Source: Hyphomicrobiales bacterium
GTDB lineage: Bacteria > Pseudomonadota > Alphaproteobacteria > Rhizobiales > JACESI01
NCBI GenBank assembly: GCA_013911885.1
Contig: JACESI010000005.1
Coordinates: forward strand, 150,795-214,794
DNA: 64,000 nucleotides
Direction of reading: 5' to 3'
Shown: positions 51,568 to 59,623 of the stretch, one piece after another
How positions within the stretch are numbered: the first letter of the stretch is position 1
How the letters are laid out: the number at the start of each line of letters is the position of its first letter
Position numbers and translations under genes: made by a program
The notes under the pieces: generated by a model
What the model saw: only the letters and a program-made list of their open reading frames with translations
What the model was told of the DNA's origin: nothing
The model's database searches: none

Positions 51568-51716
51568 CCCGTTCCCGCACAGACGATCGGTAAGGCAGGC
51601 GGATTTCACGCCATGCGACACCAAATCGCCGTTTTGAGCGGGCCATGCTCCGCAACAAATACCAACCACGACACAAAGCAGCGCCATTGAAACCGATCTT
51701 CATTCCTTTGCCATTT

Positions 51717-52238
51717 ATGAAAACGGCGATCGCGCTGCCATTTTTCATCATGCTTTTTCTGGCGCTCACACCAAACCGGGCGCAAGCGGAAAAAATCGAG
51801 AATGAGGTCGCCGTTTTCGCCGGTCTCGACAAGATCACCGGGCGCATCATCCGTTTCGATGTGAAGGTGAACGAGACGGTACAATTCGGCGCGCTTCAGG
51901 TGACCCCGAAAGTCTGCTACACACGACCGGCAACGGAAACGCCGCAGACGACAAGCTTCGTCAAGGTGGATGAAGTCACCCTCGAGCGCAAGATTCAGCC
52001 GCTTTTCAATGGCTGGATGTTTGCCGCAAGTCCCGGCCTTCATGCGGTCGAGCATGCAATTTACGACGTCTGGCTTGCGGATTGCAAAACCGCCGAACAG
52101 TTTTCGGCTGAACCGGTAACACCATCGAATGACGCGCTTGGTGGGCGCGGTTTCCGCGAATTCACCCCCGCGCAGGGTATAGAGGCAGACGAGCCTGCCG
52201 CACCACCTGCGCCACTGCCAAATCCTGCCAGAACCTGA
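51717..52238 (+). CDS. DUF2155-type periplasmic protein
   Basis: ORF 51645..52238. The ATG at 51717 gives a signal peptide MKTAIALPFFIMLFLALTPNRAQA. Motifs: LDKITGRIIRFDVKVNETVQFGALQVTPKVCYTRPATE...GWMFAASPGL. The NDUFA12 neighbour is typical for this family. Confidence 0.8.
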   Translation: MKTAIALPFFIMLFLALTPNRAQAEKIENEVAVFAGLDKITGRIIRFDVKVNETVQFGALQVTPKVCYTRPATETPQTTSFVKVDEVTLERKIQPLFNGWMFAASPGLHAVEHAIYDVWLADCKTAEQFSAEPVTPSNDALGGRGFREFTPAQGIEADEPAAPPAPLPNPART

Positions 52239-52260
52239 GAGAACCTGCCAGAACCTGAGA
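52221..52260. repeat. 10-bp periodic tandem repeat (4 units) spanning the DUF2155 stop codon
   Basis: aatcctgcca / gaacctgaga / gaacctgcca / gaacctgaga. Confidence 0.8.
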
Positions 52261-52304
52261 AAGAAGCAGAAGCCGAGGGAAAACCGGCCTGCGGTCGGCG
52301 GGCT

Positions 52305-52976
52305 CTATGCCTTCTGATAGGCGTCGATGATGCCAAGCGCCTCTTTGCCGCTCAGTTCAGGACCGGCGGCATCAAAATCGCCCTTCCTGTCGAGGGCTGT
52401 CTCAAGCAACAGGTGATAGCGATGGCGGCTCACCGCTTCAGCGCCGAATGTTGCGAGGTGGTCGGTGGTGAACTGGGTGTCAAGAAGCGTGAAACCTCCC
52501 TTGATGAGGCGGGCTACAAGATGAACCAGCGCAATCTTCGATGTGTCACGGGCGCTTGAGAACATGCTCTCGCCAAAATAAGCCCCACCGAGATGCACGC
52601 CATAAAGCCCGCCGACAAGCCTGCCATCGTCGAATACTTCAACCGTATGGCAATGACCGTTCTCGTAGAGGGCGCCATAAAGCTCCCTGATCTGGCGGTT
52701 GATCCAAGTTGTTTCGCGGCCGATCTTCGCCCTGGCGCAACCGTCGATCACGGCCTCGAAATTCTGGTTGACGCGGACCTTGTAGGGCGTGTTGCACAAG
52801 GTTTTGCGCAGGCTCCTTGCAACATGAAACGTCGCGAATGGCAGAATGCCGCGCTCTTCTGGCTCGATCCAGAACAGCGTGTTGTCGTCAGCGCTTTCCG
52901 CCATCGGAAAAATGCCGCAGGCATAGGCCTTCAACAGCACGTTCGGTGTGATCTTCATGGCTGCGTTCTTGGTCAA
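52305..52976 (-). CDS. aat: Leucyl/phenylalanyl-tRNA--protein transferase
   Basis: [33 protein letters not shown]...[30 protein letters not shown]. Confidence 0.9.
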   Translation of the reverse strand: MTKNAAMKITPNVLLKAYACGIFPMAESADDNTLFWIEPEERGILPFATFHVARSLRKTLCNTPYKVRVNQNFEAVIDGCARAKIGRETTWINRQIRELYGALYENGHCHTVEVFDDGRLVGGLYGVHLGGAYFGESMFSSARDTSKIALVHLVARLIKGGFTLLDTQFTTDHLATFGAEAVSRHRYHLLLETALDRKGDFDAAGPELSGKEALGIIDAYQKA

Positions 52977-53003
52977 TACGCCGTCCGCCTCAGCGCGCCG
53001 CGT

Positions 53004-54359
53004 TTAGGCGCGGCTTTCCTTGTCGCCCTCGAGATAATGCTCAAGCCAGTGGATATCATAGTTTCCGTCCTGAATATCTCGCTCCCCCAAGAGATCATGA
53101 AACAGCGGAATTGTTGTCTCGATGCCGTCGATGACAAATTCGTCGAGGGCACGGCGCAACCGCATCAGGCAATCGACCCGATCACGGCCATGAACAATCA
53201 GCTTGCCGATCAGGCTGTCGTAATAGGGCGGAATCTTATACCCCTGATAGACGCCGGAATCGACCCTGACGCCAAAACCGCCCGGTGGATGATACTGCGT
53301 GATCGTGCCGGGTGAGGGCGCGAAAGTGCGTGGATTTTCGGCATTGATCCGGCACTCGATGGCATGGCCCTTGAAGATGACCTGATCCTGCGTCACCGAA
53401 AGCGAGCCGCCTGCGGCAATCCGCAATTGCTCATGAACGAGGTCGATGCCGGTCACAGCCTCGGTCACCGGATGTTCAACCTGAAGGCGCGTGTTCATTT
53501 CAATGAAATAGAATTCGCCATTCTCGTAGAGGAATTCGACCGTACCCGCGCCGGAATAGCCAAGGCTTGCGACGGCATTCGCGCAGATCATGCCGATCCG
53601 TGCGCGCTCATTGTCGTTGAGGGTTGGGGAAAGAGCCTCTTCCCAGACTTTCTGGTGGCGTCGCTGAAGCGAGCAGTCGCGCTCGCCGAGATGGATCGCC
53701 TTGCCCTTGCCGTCGCCGAAGACCTGAATTTCGATATGGCGCGGTGTATTCAGATATTTCTCGAGATAGATCGCATCGTCGCCAAAGGCTGCCTTCGCTT
53801 CGCTTTTTGCCGTTGAAACGGCAGAGGCAAGGTCTTTTTCTGTGCGCGCCACTTTCATGCCACGCCCGCCACCGCCAGAGGCTGCCTTGACAAGCACGGG
53901 ATAACCGATCTGCGATGCAACGCGCTTTGCTTCCGCAATATTGGTGATCGCGCCTTTGGAACCCGGAACCACTGGAATACCGAGTTTTTCCGCCGTGACC
54001 TTGGCCGTGATCTTGTCGCCCATGATCGAAATATGCTCCGCCGACGGGCCGACAAAGGTGACATTATGGGCGGCGAGAATTTCGGCAAAACGCGCGTTTT
54101 CCGACAGAAAGCCGTAACCCGGATGAACGGCATCGGCGCCGGTGATCTCGCAAGCCGCCAGGATTTCAGGAATTTTCAGATAAGAATCGCGCGCCGGAGG
54201 TGGTCCAATGCAAACGCTCTCATCGGCGAGGCGCACATGCATGGCGTTTGCATCCGCAGTCGAATGGGCAGCAACGGTTTTAATGCCGAGTTCCTTACAC
54301 GCCCGCAGGATGCGAAGAGCGATTTCCCCCCGGTTTGCAATCAGAAGTTTTTTAATCAC
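53004..54359 (-). CDS. accC: Acetyl-CoA carboxylase biotin carboxylase subunit
   Basis: ORF 53004..54416. The GTG at 54359 gives (M)IKKLLIANRGEIALRILRACKELGI. ATP-grasp motifs are present throughout. Confidence 0.95.
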   Translation of the reverse strand: MIKKLLIANRGEIALRILRACKELGIKTVAAHSTADANAMHVRLADESVCIGPPPARDSYLKIPEILAACEITGADAVHPGYGFLSENARFAEILAAHNVTFVGPSAEHISIMGDKITAKVTAEKLGIPVVPGSKGAITNIAEAKRVASQIGYPVLVKAASGGGGRGMKVARTEKDLASAVSTAKSEAKAAFGDDAIYLEKYLNTPRHIEIQVFGDGKGKAIHLGERDCSLQRRHQKVWEEALSPTLNDNERARIGMICANAVASLGYSGAGTVEFLYENGEFYFIEMNTRLQVEHPVTEAVTGIDLVHEQLRIAAGGSLSVTQDQVIFKGHAIECRINAENPRTFAPSPGTITQYHPPGGFGVRVDSGVYQGYKIPPYYDSLIGKLIVHGRDRVDCLMRLRRALDEFVIDGIETTIPLFHDLLGERDIQDGNYDIHWLEHYLEGDKESRA

Positions 54360-54369
54360 GCCGTCTGCC

Positions 54370-54852
54370 TTATTCGATAACGATGAGAGGCTCGCCGTAT
54401 TCCACGGGTTGAGCATCGTTGATCAGGATTGCCACAACTTTTCCATCCCGCTCGGCGGGGATCTGGTTCATGGTCTTCATGGCTTCGATGATGAGAACGG
54501 TCTGACCCGTCTTGACGCTGTCGCCAACACTCACGAAAGGCGGCGTGCCCGGTTCCGGCGAGAGATAGGCCGTTCCGACCATGGGTGACTTGAGCGCGTT
54601 CAAATTGCTCGCGGGAGGGGCTGCCAAAGGTGCATCGGCCGGCGCTGCCACAGCCACCGGCGGCTGGTGTTGAACCAAGGGCTGGGGAGCGGCATGAACC
54701 ACGGTCTGGATCGGCGCTGGACTGCGCGAAAGCCGGATACGGAAGGTCTCGTGCTCGATTTCGATTTCGTTGAGATCCGTCTCGGACAGAAGTTTCGCGA
54801 GTTTGCGGATCAAGTGGTGGTCGATTTGATCAGAAGAGGACATGGAATTCAC
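54370..54852 (-). CDS. accB: Acetyl-CoA carboxylase biotin carboxyl carrier protein
   Basis: 160-aa ORF with a Pro/Ala linker and the biotinylation motif IIEAMKTMNQI. Confidence 0.95.
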   Translation of the reverse strand: MNSMSSSDQIDHHLIRKLAKLLSETDLNEIEIEHETFRIRLSRSPAPIQTVVHAAPQPLVQHQPPVAVAAPADAPLAAPPASNLNALKSPMVGTAYLSPEPGTPPFVSVGDSVKTGQTVLIIEAMKTMNQIPAERDGKVVAILINDAQPVEYGEPLIVIE

Positions 54853-54931
54853 TTTTCAAGGGTTGAATGTCTGTCGCGTGCCTATCGAATTCATAAGAAG
54901 TGCTGGCCGGTGCTTCATGCTTTCAACAGAA

Positions 54932-55369
54932 TCATGTGGTGAGGTGATCGCGGATCGCCTGTAGAGCCAAGCTATAGCCAGAAGTTCCAAGGCCCACAAT
55001 AGACCCCTTTGCGACGGGTGCTATATAGGAGTGATGGCGGAAGGTTTCACGGGCATGAATATTGGAGATGTGCACTTCGATCACGTTGCAGCGGCTGCCG
55101 ATGATCGCATCATGCAACGCAATCGACGTATGCGTATAAGCGCCCGGATTGAACACGACCCATGAACCGGTGTGCCCGGCTTCCTGTATCGCGCTCACGA
55201 GTTCGCCTTCATGATTGGACTGCCGGCAGGAAACGGCAAGACCGAGGCGCTGTCCATCACGGATGCATTGCGCCTCGAGATCAGCAAGCGTTACCGATCC
55301 ATATACACCGGGTTCGCGCGTGCCGAGAAGATTGAGATTGGGTCCATTCAGGATCAGGACGTCTTGCAT
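54932..55369 (-). CDS. aroQ: Type II 3-dehydroquinate dehydratase
   Basis: LILNGPNLNLLGTREPGVYG...QSNHEGELV...NPGAYTHTSIALHDA...EVHISNIHARE. Confidence 0.95.
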   Translation of the reverse strand: MQDVLILNGPNLNLLGTREPGVYGSVTLADLEAQCIRDGQRLGLAVSCRQSNHEGELVSAIQEAGHTGSWVVFNPGAYTHTSIALHDAIIGSRCNVIEVHISNIHARETFRHHSYIAPVAKGSIVGLGTSGYSLALQAIRDHLTT

Positions 55370-55515
55370 CGGGTAATTTTACCAGTCGTAGCGGGTTGCA
55401 AGCAACACACGAAAGCCGTTCTTTCAACCATGGCAGGCGGGAAACTCAATGATCTGTTATAAGGCGATCTGCCACAAAATCAAAACGGCGAGGGGGCTTC
55501 TCCCCGGTTTGTCGA

Positions 55516-56340
55516 TCAGGAACAAATGGTCTCGCCACATTTGCGCAGGGCTGCAATTTTCTGACGCAATGATTCCACGCCAACCGCGCCTGGCAGGATC
55601 TCCTTGCCGATGACGAAGGTCGGCGTTCCCGTCAGCCCGAGTTCTGTCGCAATGTCATAGACTTCCTGAATACCATCATTGATGGCGGGATCCTCCAGGG
55701 CCTTTTTGATTTCCTCGACATTGATTTCGAGCCTTGCCGCGATCGAAAGGGCTACGGCCTCATTGACCTGCCCGTTTACCGACAGAAGCGCACGATGGAG
55801 CGCGTGATATTTTTCAGGCGCGGTCTTGAGAACAGCAAGCGCGACCCTCGCCGCTTCCTGCGAACCTTGTCCAAGGACCGGGAATTCCTTGAGGATGACC
55901 CGCAAATCACCGTCATTCTTGATCAATTCATCAATATGCGGCATCGCCTGACGGCAGAAACCGCAATTGTAGTCGAAGAATTCGATAAGGGTGACAGTGC
56001 CTTCGGGATTGCCGATGATGGCGTGGTTGTCGGAGCGCATCAGCACACTGTCTTCGCTCTCGATCAGATTACTGCGCGAGGCCTGCTGCTCGGCGTTACG
56101 GCGGCTATCGAGAATTTCGAGCGCCTCGATGATCACTTCCGGATTTTGCAGAAGATATTGACGTATCATATCCCCGGTCAGCTTTGGGACTGCGAGGTCA
56201 TTCGTTGTTATCTCGACCGGGGACTGGCTGTCCGGTGTTTTCTGATCTGCTGAAGCAGACGGCATGAGACAGGCAATGATGACCAGCGTCATCGAGGCGA
56301 ACGCCAGGGCGTTTCTGCGCAAGTGATAAAAAAGGCGCAT
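55516..56340 (-). CDS. DsbA-family thiol:disulfide oxidoreductase
   Basis: 274-aa ORF with a signal/anchor segment and a thioredoxin-fold CGFC active site (FFDYNCGFCRQAMP). Confidence 0.85.
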   Translation of the reverse strand: MRLFYHLRRNALAFASMTLVIIACLMPSASADQKTPDSQSPVEITTNDLAVPKLTGDMIRQYLLQNPEVIIEALEILDSRRNAEQQASRSNLIESEDSVLMRSDNHAIIGNPEGTVTLIEFFDYNCGFCRQAMPHIDELIKNDGDLRVILKEFPVLGQGSQEAARVALAVLKTAPEKYHALHRALLSVNGQVNEAVALSIAARLEINVEEIKKALEDPAINDGIQEVYDIATELGLTGTPTFVIGKEILPGAVGVESLRQKIAALRKCGETICS

Positions 56341-56400
56341 GAGGATTATCCGTTCGCTTGATATGAAGTGAGTGCATTATTTCTGAAGAGCGTTAAGAAC

Positions 56401-57789
56401 TCACAAATTCGGATTGCGATAGGAAAGAATATCGTCTGCCTGCAACCAGCCGGGTGAACCGCGATCAAATTTTTTCTGAGCCCGCACGGCCTGGACCTTT
56501 GCGCCGGAAATATCGCCGAAATAGAACAAGCCGTTCGCGGTCGCAAGGGTGGCGTCGGCGTCGCGTCCTTCACGGCTATAGGCGATGGCGAGCTGGCGAT
56601 AGGCGATGCCAATGCTCGGATCCCGACTGAGGGCAGAGGTCAGCACGCGGATCGCTTCCTTGTTGTTGGCCTTGTTTTCGCTTGCAACCAGGGCATGGCC
56701 GAGCAGCGTCTGGATCAGCGGCTGCCCGGGCGCGAGAGCAAGGGCTTTTCGCAGCGGTGCGATTGCATTTTGCGGTTGGCCACCATCGAGATAGGCCTGT
56801 CCCTTCAACTCCCAGAAATAAGGATAATCCGGTTTGCGCGCGATCAGGGCATCGATTGCCTTTTGCGCCGTGACGACGCTGCCAACGCGATAGCCGACAA
56901 TGGCTCGGGCATATTCGGCAGGCAAGGAGTCGTCGGACCGGGGATAAAGGCGACCAACCATCTGCGGGAGTTCGGTGAAGGCGGCGAGCTTTGCCTGCAT
57001 CAGGGCGTGGCGCTCGATCAGCGCGGGCGGATCCTTACGATCCTTGAACTTGCTTTTCTCAACAAGGGTTTCGGCAAGCGCAATGCGGTCGCGCGGCAAG
57101 GGATGACTTTGGGCATAGGGATCGATTCTGCTGCTTGCGACCGGCAACTGGTTCTGAAGCGCGCGAAAGGTGGTCAACATGCCGCTTGCCGACTGGCCGG
57201 TTTTTTCAAGAAACGTGATTGCCAGTCTGTCCGCCGCGGTCTCCTCGGTGCGCTGATAGGCAAGAAGGGAGCGCTGGGCAATCGAAGCACCACCCTGTAG
57301 CGCGCCGATACCGCCCTGTGCGGCGGCGGCATTGCCGCTCGCAGCTCCGGCAACCACGGCTGCGCCCGCCAGAATCTGGGAAACGATCGCGATCGTTCGT
57401 GCGCCGGCGACCGCAGAGCGGAGCCGGATAAGATGCCCGCCGGCGAGGTGGCCCGTCTCATGGGCGATAACGCCGATGACCTCGTTCGGTGTTTTTGACT
57501 GCTTCAGGGTTCCGGTGTTGATGAACATGCGCTTGCCATTGGCGACGAAGGCATTGAATTCATCCGAATTAACGAGACTGATATTAATGAATCCGGACTG
57601 AATTCCGGCTGCCTTGAAAATCGGCGCTGAATAATCGCGCAGCAACGCCTCGATTTCAGCATCCCGGACTATTGGCGGTCCACCGCGCTGGGCCGAGGCG
57701 GGCACGGTTGTCGCGCTGAACGCAATGAGGCCGGACAGCAGCGTGGCCGACGCTTTGCGTCGGGCGAGAAGGAGTGCGGATGGTTTCAA
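56401..57789 (-). CDS. M48-family metalloprotease with TPR-like C-terminal domain
   Basis: 462-aa ORF with a signal peptide, a zinc motif IAHETGHLAGGH and a helical repeat C-terminal half. Confidence 0.85.
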   Translation of the reverse strand: MKPSALLLARRKASATLLSGLIAFSATTVPASAQRGGPPIVRDAEIEALLRDYSAPIFKAAGIQSGFINISLVNSDEFNAFVANGKRMFINTGTLKQSKTPNEVIGVIAHETGHLAGGHLIRLRSAVAGARTIAIVSQILAGAAVVAGAASGNAAAAQGGIGALQGGASIAQRSLLAYQRTEETAADRLAITFLEKTGQSASGMLTTFRALQNQLPVASSRIDPYAQSHPLPRDRIALAETLVEKSKFKDRKDPPALIERHALMQAKLAAFTELPQMVGRLYPRSDDSLPAEYARAIVGYRVGSVVTAQKAIDALIARKPDYPYFWELKGQAYLDGGQPQNAIAPLRKALALAPGQPLIQTLLGHALVASENKANNKEAIRVLTSALSRDPSIGIAYRQLAIAYSREGRDADATLATANGLFYFGDISGAKVQAVRAQKKFDRGSPGWLQADDILSYRNPNL

Positions 57790-58007
57790 GTCGACATTCC
57801 GTTTCCGTAAAAGGTCCGGGGTTTTGTCAAGATTGGCATTTCCTCTGACCGAAACGCAATCCTGATCTTATCTCAGCATTCTTTTGCCGTTCAGAAGGGC
57901 ATCATTCGTTTTTGCGGGTTAGAATGGCTGAAATGTGGCTGCTCAAACCTGTAGACTTGGTTATAGCTTCCCGTATCCCACCCACCAAGTGCCTTATCGA
58001 GTGTCTC

Positions 58008-59174
58008 ATGCCCTTTTCTGCCTCAAATCGAAGTGATATCAGCGCCTTTCTTGCCATGGACGTGCTCAGAAATGCGAATCGGGCCGAAGCCGCCGGGCAA
58101 TCCGTGATTCATATGGAAGTTGGCCAGCCGGCAGCGCCCGCGCCGGCAATGGTTCTCAGGGAGGCCGCGCTCTGGCTTGCCAGGGGCCGTCTCGGCTATA
58201 CCGATGCGCTCGGTCTCAAGCCCCTGCGCGAGCGGATTGCGCAGCACTATCAGGATGCGTATGGCGTTCAAATCGACCCTGAACGCGTGGTGGTCACGAC
58301 CGGCTCCTCCGCCGGGTTCATACTTGCTTTTCTCGCCGCTTTCGATATCGGCGACGCCGTCGGCCTGCCAAGTCCCGGTTATCCCGCTTATCGCAATATC
58401 CTGAAAGCGCTTGGGCTGCGGGTGATCGAAATCGAGACGAGGGCGGAAGACCGATGGACCCTGAGCGTCGAGAATTTGCGTCGCGCTCATGAAGCGCACA
58501 CACTCAAGGGCGTTCTGGTTGCAAGCCCCGCCAATCCGAGCGGCACAATGCTGACCCCGCCCGCTCTTCGCGATATCGCGACCTGTTGCGAGGATTGGGG
58601 CATCCGCTTCATTTCAGACGAAATCTATCACGGTCTCGTCTTCAGCGGCGAAGCGCGGACCGCCGCCGCACACAGCGACAGCGCGATCATCATCAATTCT
58701 TTCAGCAAATATTATTGTATGACCGGCTGGCGCATCGGCTGGATGATCCTGCCGCCGGAGCTTCTGCGGCCTGTCGAACGGCTGGCGCAAAATCTCTTCA
58801 TTTCCGCCCCGGAATTGTCGCAGCGCGCGGCGCGCGTTGCCTTCGATGCAAAGGCGGAACTCGAGGAAATCAAGAAAGGCTATGCCCGCAACCGGGATAT
58901 TCTGCTGGCGCGGCTTCCGGCCATGGGTCTTACAGATTTCCTGCCGGTTGACGGCGCGTTTTATGTTTACGTGAATTGTCGGGACTTCACCAATGACACG
59001 CAGGCATTCACCGCGCGGATGCTCACTGAAACCGGCATCGCAGCGACCCCGGGGGCTGATTTTGATCCTCAGAACGGGCACACCTATATCCGCCTCTCAT
59101 TCGCCGGGGCTGAGGCCGATATGATCGAGGCAATGGACCGGCTCGCGCCCTGGCTTCATCGACAATGCGTCTGA
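58008..59174 (+). CDS. Pyridoxal phosphate-dependent aminotransferase (class I/II)
   Basis: ORF 57912..59174 is trimmed to the ATG at 58008 (MPFSASNRSDISAFLAMDVL). Motifs: GYPAYRNIL, SPANPSG, NSFSKYYCMTGWRIGW (PLP lysine), IRLSFA. Confidence 0.85.
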   Translation: MPFSASNRSDISAFLAMDVLRNANRAEAAGQSVIHMEVGQPAAPAPAMVLREAALWLARGRLGYTDALGLKPLRERIAQHYQDAYGVQIDPERVVVTTGSSAGFILAFLAAFDIGDAVGLPSPGYPAYRNILKALGLRVIEIETRAEDRWTLSVENLRRAHEAHTLKGVLVASPANPSGTMLTPPALRDIATCCEDWGIRFISDEIYHGLVFSGEARTAAAHSDSAIIINSFSKYYCMTGWRIGWMILPPELLRPVERLAQNLFISAPELSQRAARVAFDAKAELEEIKKGYARNRDILLARLPAMGLTDFLPVDGAFYVYVNCRDFTNDTQAFTARMLTETGIAATPGADFDPQNGHTYIRLSFAGAEADMIEAMDRLAPWLHRQCV

Positions 59175-59182
59175 AACACAAA

Positions 59183-59209
59183 ACCCCGGGCAGAACCCGG
59201 GGTTTTTTT
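59183..59209. terminator. Bidirectional Rho-independent terminator between the aminotransferase gene and rne
   Basis: AAAACCCCGGG-caga-ACCCGGGGTTTTTTT. Confidence 0.8.
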
Positions 59210-59290
59210 ACTTGTTTGACAAGATCTGCAAGGCAGCGACACAAAGCTTGGCGTCAGGTTTTCCCGCTGCCGAGCGCGGCACTCAATCCC

Positions 59291-59623
59291 TCAAAAGAAC
59301 GTCCTGCGCTGCCACCAGCCGACCCGTCCGGATTTCGCATCCTTTGCCTCCATATTCTCAGGCTTGTCTGCTGCGACTACGGCCTGCGAGGAGTTTTCGG
59401 CTTCGGGAGCGACTTCTTCCGGGATGGCTTCCGGTTCTGCTGCCTTGGTCGTTTGTGCGGCTTTTTTCACTTTCGCCGCTTCGGCTCTTGCTGCTTTCGC
59501 AGCCTCGGCTTTTTCTGCTTTGGCTTTTGCGGCTTCCGCTTTTAGTTTTGCGGCTTCCGCTTTGGCAGCCACAGCCGCGGCTGTCTTTTCTGCTTTTGCC
59601 GCGGCGCGCCCGGCGGCGGCAAT
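59291..59623 (-). pseudogene. rne: Detached C-terminal tail of RNase E (same frame, downstream of the TAG), carrying the GWW motif
   Basis: The same reading frame continues straight after the TAG at 59624-59626: IAAAGRAAAKAEKTAAAVAAKAEAAKLKAEAAKAKAEKAEAAK...KDAKSGRVGWWQRRTFF-stop. The ORF track lists it as 59291..59572 from an internal GTG. Confidence 0.75.
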
